Origin: Eledone cirrhosa
Lineage: Eukaryota
Reading direction: 5' to 3'
Length of the DNA stretch: 64,000 nucleotides
NCBI GenBank assembly: GCA_964016885.1
Contig: OZ024743.1
Span: forward strand, 104,656,001 to 104,720,000
Part shown: piece after piece, positions 57,431 to 64,000 of the stretch
How positions within the stretch are numbered: position 1 is the stretch's first letter
Layout: every line of letters starts with the position of its first letter
Position numbers and translations under genes: made by a program
Notes under the pieces: model-generated
The model's database searches: none
Told to the model about the DNA's origin: nothing
Seen by the model: the letters and a program-made list of their open reading frames with translations, nothing else

Positions 57431-57734
57431 CATTATGTGTTTGTGTGTGAAACTATAAGCAATAACATAATGCTGTAGGGAATTGTTGACAGTTTAATTA
57501 TAAATAGAAACGGTATAGAATGTATTGTCAGCTTTTTTCTTTCGTTTGCCCCCCCCCCCCCCCCCCCCCACCCCCCACACACACACACGTACCCCCACAC
57601 CCCCACACCCCCACACACACAAACACACAGATCATACATATATATGTATTGGGTCATCATGTATGAAATTTGTAGAAATTTGTTTTTTTTTCTACAAATT
57701 TCATACTTGACTTCATATAAGTCTGAACAGAAGG

Positions 57735-57765
<31 letters not shown>

Positions 57766-58326
57766 AGGAGTGGGTGGGTGATAGAAAGAAATTGAAAAAG
57801 AGATATTAAGAAAAAAATCGACTTCAGTACTGGTACTTTTTTTTTTTTTTATCGATCTCGAAAAGCTGAGAAGTCAAATTTGACGTTGGTAGGATTTGAA
57901 CTCAGAGTGAAGATATCTGGAGCGAATATGGCCTAGCATTCTACCCAACGTTCTAACGACACACGCACCGATATACAAACGGTTAAAAGAGTGCTTTCAA
58001 ATGTAGACTAATATACGGATTTACTGCACGCTTTGATGTTTCTATGATGAGTACCAGAAAACCTCAAAATATCGCTTATACTTCTCTTATCTAAATTTTA
58101 TCTTTTGCAATTTATTTTTCATTTACCTATAATATATTTTCAATTAATCATATTCTACTGAAAACTCCAGGGATATGAAAACGATAATTAATATCTATAT
58201 ATATTACACATATACACATACACACATACAGCAACACACACGGAAGCACAGACATATATACACACAAATGTGAGGTCAGAGACACACACTGTCACACACA
58301 CACACACACACATACACAAACACACA

Positions 58327-58378
<52 letters not shown>

Positions 58379-58499
58379 CACCCAGATACACGCACGTATA
58401 GATATTTGTTCATACAAAGCCGATTCAAGTGACATTTTTTACGCGTAACTCGGGGGCCCAAACAACATCGTTTCATTAAAGAGCGTATACCACATCATT

Positions 58500-60050
58500 G
58501 TTGACATCGCACCATTCCACACCACCTCGCACCATTCCACACCATACTACATTAGACCACACCCTACACCACCACACCACTTCACATCACACCCTACCCT
58601 ACCACACTATATCACATCAGACCACATTCGCAACACACCACACCACCACACACCACCACACTACACTACACCATACCTCCCATACAACACCACACCACCT
58701 CACACCACACTACACTACATCATACCTACCATACAACACCACACCACCTCACACCACACTACACTACACTACACCATACCTACCATACAACACCACACCA
58801 CCTCACACCACACGACATCACATCACACCGTACCCCAACCGACCCCACTACACACCACCACACTACACTATACTATACCTCCCATACAACACCACACCAC
58901 CTCACACCACACATCACATCACACCGTACCCCAACCGACCCCACTACACCCCACCACAATACACTACACTACACTACACCATACCTCCCATACAACACCA
59001 CACCACCTCACACCACACGACATCACATCACACCGTACCCCAACCGACCCCACTACACACCACCACACTACACTATACTATACCTCCCATACAACACCAC
59101 ACCACCTCACACCACACATCACATCACACCGTACCCCAACCGACCCCACTACACACCACCACACTACACTACACTACACCATACCTACCATACAACACCA
59201 CACCACCTCACACCACACGACATCACATCACATCATACCCCAACCGACCTCACTACACACCACCACACTACACTACACCATACCTCCCATACAACACCAC
59301 ACCACCTCACACCACACATCACATCACACCGTACCCCAACCGACCCCACTACACCCCACCACAATACACTACACCATACCTCCCATACAACACCACACCA
59401 CCTCACACCAGACGACATCACATCACACCGTACCCCAACCGACCCCAATACACACCACCACACTACACTACACTACACTACACTATACCTCCCATACAAC
59501 ACCACACCACCTCACACCACACGACATCACATCACACCGTATCCCAACCGACCCCACTACACACCACCACACTACACTACACTACACTATACCTACCATA
59601 CAACACCACACCACCTCACACCACACGACATCACACCACACCATACCCCAACCGGCCCCACTACACACCACCACACTACACTACACTACACCATACCTAC
59701 CATACAACACCACACCACCTCACACCACACATCACATCACACCATACCCCAACCGACCCCACTACACACCACCACACTACACTACACTACACCATACCTA
59801 CCATACAACACCACACCACCTCACACCACACATCACATCACACCATACCCCAACCGACCCCACTACACTCCACACCACATCACACCACACCGTACCCCAA
59901 CCGACCACACTATACTCCACCACACTACACCATACCTACCATACAACACCACACGATATCACACCACACCGTACCCCAACTAACCACACTACACCCCACC
60001 ACACTACACTACACCATATCTACCTTACCACACCTCGCCACACCTGACTA
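58500..60050. repeat. C/A-rich compound minisatellite with a ~90-100-bp higher-order unit
   Basis: Recurring accccaaccgaccccactacac…catacaacaccacaccacctcacaccacac. Confidence 0.9.
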
Positions 60051-60426
60051 AAAGAGCACAAGACACCACTGGTGATACAAAGAATACACACCACACCACA
60101 TCACACCACACCACACCATAGACCACCCCACTAAACCCCACCACACCACAACACTGTTAACCTGAAGAACACACTACACCATACTACACAACACCTGGCC
60201 ACAACACACCACACTAGCGGTGCAACCATTAATGTACAGCACACCATGGTAACCGCCACCATACATATGTAAAAGATATATATGAGGGTCATATCTAGAT
60301 GTGCAGTCATCTACCCAGGTAACATAGCTTGGTCAAGACTGACCCATGGCTAATCCACGGCTGAACACAAGCAACCCATACGACAACTGACGGTAGTGAC
60401 TACAGTAGAAGTCCAAATACCTTCAA

Positions 60427-60429
<3 letters not shown>

Positions 60430-60494
<65 letters not shown>

Positions 60495-63400
60495 CACCAC
60501 CACCACCACAACCAGCACCACCAACATCACTCATCAGCACCAACACCACCACCACCACAACCACCACCACCAACAACAACAACAACACCAGCACTACCAC
60601 CACCATCACCCTCACCAACACCACCACCCTCACCAACACCACCACCCTCACCAACACCACCACCAATACCACCACCACCACCAGCACCCTCACCAACACC
60701 ACCACCACCACCACCACCACCACCACGACCACCACGACCACCACGACCACCACCACCACCACCACTACCACCACCACCAGCACCATCACCACCACCATCA
60801 CCACTAGCACCACCACCAGCACCAGCACCACCACCATCACCACCACCATCACCACTAGCACCACCACCACCACCATCAGCACCTGCACCAGCACCAGCAC
60901 CACCATCACCACCACCACCACCACCAGCACCACCACCAGCACCACCACCAGCACCACCACCAGCACCACCACCAGCACCACCACGACCACTACCAGCACC
61001 CCCAGCAGCACCAGCACCACCAGTAGCACCACCACCAGCACCAACACCACCACCAGCACCACCAGCACTACCACCATCACCACCACCACCATCACCACCA
61101 CCACCACCATCACCACCATCACCACCATCACCACCATCACCACCACCACCACCACCACCACCACCACCACCACCATCACCACCACCACCATCACCACCAC
61201 CACCACCACCATCACCACCATCACCACCACCACCATCACCACCACCACCATCACCACCACCACCACCATCACCACCATCACCACCACCACCATCACCACC
61301 ACCATCACCACCATCACCACCACCACCACCATCACCACCATCACCACCACCACCACCATCACCACCATCACCACCACTAGCACCACCACCACCACCACCA
61401 CCACCACCACCAGCACCAGCACCACCACCATCACCACCACCACCACCACTAGCACCACCACTAGCACCACCACCACCACCACCACCACCACCACCACCAC
61501 CACCACCAGCACCAGCACCACCACCACCACCACCACCACTAGCACCACCACTAGCACCACCACCACCACCACCACCACCACCACCACCATCACCACCACC
61601 ACCACCACCACCACCACCACCATCACCACCAGCACCACCACCATCACCACCACCACCACCACTAGCACCACCACCACCACCACCACCACCACCACCACCA
61701 CCACCACCATCACCACCATCACCACCATCACCACCACCACCATCACCACCACCACCATCACCACCACCACCACCATCACCACCATCACCACCACCACCAC
61801 CACAACCACCATCACCACCACCACCACCATCACCACCATCACCACCACCACCACCACCACCACCATCACCACCATCACCACCACCACCATCACCACCACC
61901 ACCACCATCACCACCATCACCACCACCACCACCACCACCACCATCACCACCATCACCACCACCACTAGCACCACCACTAGCACCACCACCACCACCACCA
62001 CCACCACCACCACCACCACCATCACCACCATCACCACCACCACCACCATCACCACCATCACCACCAGCACCACCATCACCACTAGCACCACCACTAGCAC
62101 CACCACCACCACCACCACCACCACCAGCACCAGCACCACCACCATCACCACCACCACCACCACTAGCACCACCACTAGCACCACCACCACCACCACCACC
62201 ACCACCACCACCACCACCACCAGCACCAGCACCAGCACCACCAGCACCACCAGCACCACCACCACTAGCACCACCACTAGCACCACCACCACCAGAACCA
62301 CCACCACCACCACCAGCACCACCACCAGCACCACCACCAGCACCACCATCACCACCACCACCACCACCACCACCACCACCATCACCACCACCATCACCAC
62401 CACCACCACCACCACCACCATCACCCCCACCATCACCACTAGCACCACCACTAGCACCACCACCACCACCACCACCACCACCACCACCAGCACCACCACC
62501 AGCACCACCACCAGCACCACCATCACCACCACCACCACCACCACCACCACCACCAGCACCACCACCACCACCAGCACCACCAGCACCACCAGCACTACCA
62601 GCACCACCAGCACCACCACCACCATCACCACCAGCACCACCACCACCACCACCACCAGCACCACCACCACCACCAGCACCACCAGCACCACCAGCACTAC
62701 CAGCACCACCACCACCACCACCACCATCACCAGCACCACCACCACCACCAGCACCACCACCACCACCACCAGCACCACCACCAGCACCACCACCACCACC
62801 ACCACCATCACCACCACCACCAACACCACCAGCACCACCACCACCACCACCAGCACCACCACCAGCACCAGCACCACCACCATTACCACCACCACCATCA
62901 CTACCACCACCATCACCACCACCACCAGCACCACCACCAGCACCACCAGTACCACCAGCACCACCAGCACCACCACCACCACCACCACCAGCATCACCAG
63001 CACCAGCACTACCACCACCACCAGCATCACCAGCACCACCAGCACCACCGCCACCGCCACCACCACCGTCATCACCAGCATCACCAGCACAACTAGCACC
63101 ACCACAACCACCAGTAACGCCAGCAGCAGCAGTACCACCAACACCACCAGCATCAGCAGCAGCACCACCACCACGACCGCCACCACCATCACTCATCATC
63201 ACCACCACTTACACCACCACCACCACCATTACCACTACCACCATTACCACCACCACCATTACCACTACCACCATTGCCACTACCACCGCCTTCACCACCA
63301 CCACCACCTACACCACCACCACCACCTCCATCACCACCATCATTACCACTACCACCACCACCACCACGACCACTCATCAACACCACCACCACCACCACCA

Positions 63401-63595
63401 CACCTCCACCACCACCTCCATCACCACCATCACCACCACCACCATTACCACTACCACCACCATTACCACCACCACCACCACCATCACCATCACTCATCAA
63501 CACCACCCTCATCACCATCACTCATCAATACCACCACCACCACCACCACCACCACCACCATCACAATCACCACCACCACCACTGCCCCCCCCCCC
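60430..63595. repeat. (CAG)n followed by ~3 kb of degenerate (CCA)n
   Basis: Direct inspection; source of the poly-Q, poly-P, poly-G and poly-V ORFs. Confidence 0.95.
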
Positions 63596-63762
63596 ATCGC
63601 CATTCGTGTTATTCATAAACCTATAGGACGCCACTTATATCGATTCTTACAGGAAGTGAAAAGAGTAAAGGACGAAGAAAACGAAAAAAAAGGATGTAAA
63701 ACAAAAAACAATTAGAGACCGATGTGAGTGTATGTGTGTGTGAGAGAGAGAGAAAGAGATAG

Positions 63763-63943
63763 AGAGAAAAGAGAGAGAGAAAGTGGCAGAAGGAGAAGGA
63801 AGAAGAGAGAATGAGTGAGAGAGAAGGAAAGAGAGTAAGGTAGAGAGAGGGAGAGAGAGAGAGAAAAGAGAGAGAGAAAGTGGCAGAAGGAGAAGGAAGA
63901 AGAGAGAATGAGTGAGAGAGAAGGAAAGAGAGTAAGGTAGAGA

Positions 63944-63960
<17 letters not shown>
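63763..63960. repeat. ~97-bp purine-rich tandem duplication
   Basis: gagagaaagtggcagaaggagaaggaagaagagagaatgagtgagag…gtaaggtag present twice. Confidence 0.85.
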
Positions 63961-63987
<27 letters not shown>

Positions 63988-64000
63988 AGAAGAGTGAGGA

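Noticed and set aside
58498-60051. His/Thr/Pro-rich 517-aa ORF
   Set aside because: C/A-rich minisatellite; the unit length is not frame-preserving
60396-63626. 1076-aa poly-Q/Pro extensin- or formin-like ORF and the antisense Gly/Val ORFs
   Set aside because: Degenerate (CAG)/(CCA)n triplet array open in several frames on both strands; no complex domain

Overview
Eukaryotic, AT-rich, repeat-saturated non-genic DNA (intergenic or long intron). It most resembles an octopod cephalopod, judging by the abundant tRNA-derived Meta/MESC-core SINE (…GCCTTTCATCCTTACGGGGTCGATAAAATAAAGTACCAG…) and the extreme microsatellite load; the organism is an inference. I found no convincing host exon, and nearly all ORF-track entries are translations of microsatellites or satellites. 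Recognisable coding relics are three tandem 5'-truncated R4/Dong-type RLE retrotransposons in (AAT)n, an internally deleted L1/Tx1-type LINE, a CRE-type RLE fragment and a 5'-truncated Penelope-like element (GIY-YIG). There is also a 7.6-kb 33-bp satellite. The most striking signal is a dense set of type I hammerhead ribozymes (HHR): 7 with an intact CUGANGA/GAAA/UH core, 2 with a CCGANGA core, and several decayed ones. They sit in short non-coding units embedded in (TA)n tracts, arranged either as ~555-nt partial tandem (retrozyme-like) repeats or as long near-perfect palindromes with a one-sided tail. This points to a diverse set of non-autonomous, Penelope-mobilised ribozyme retroelements.
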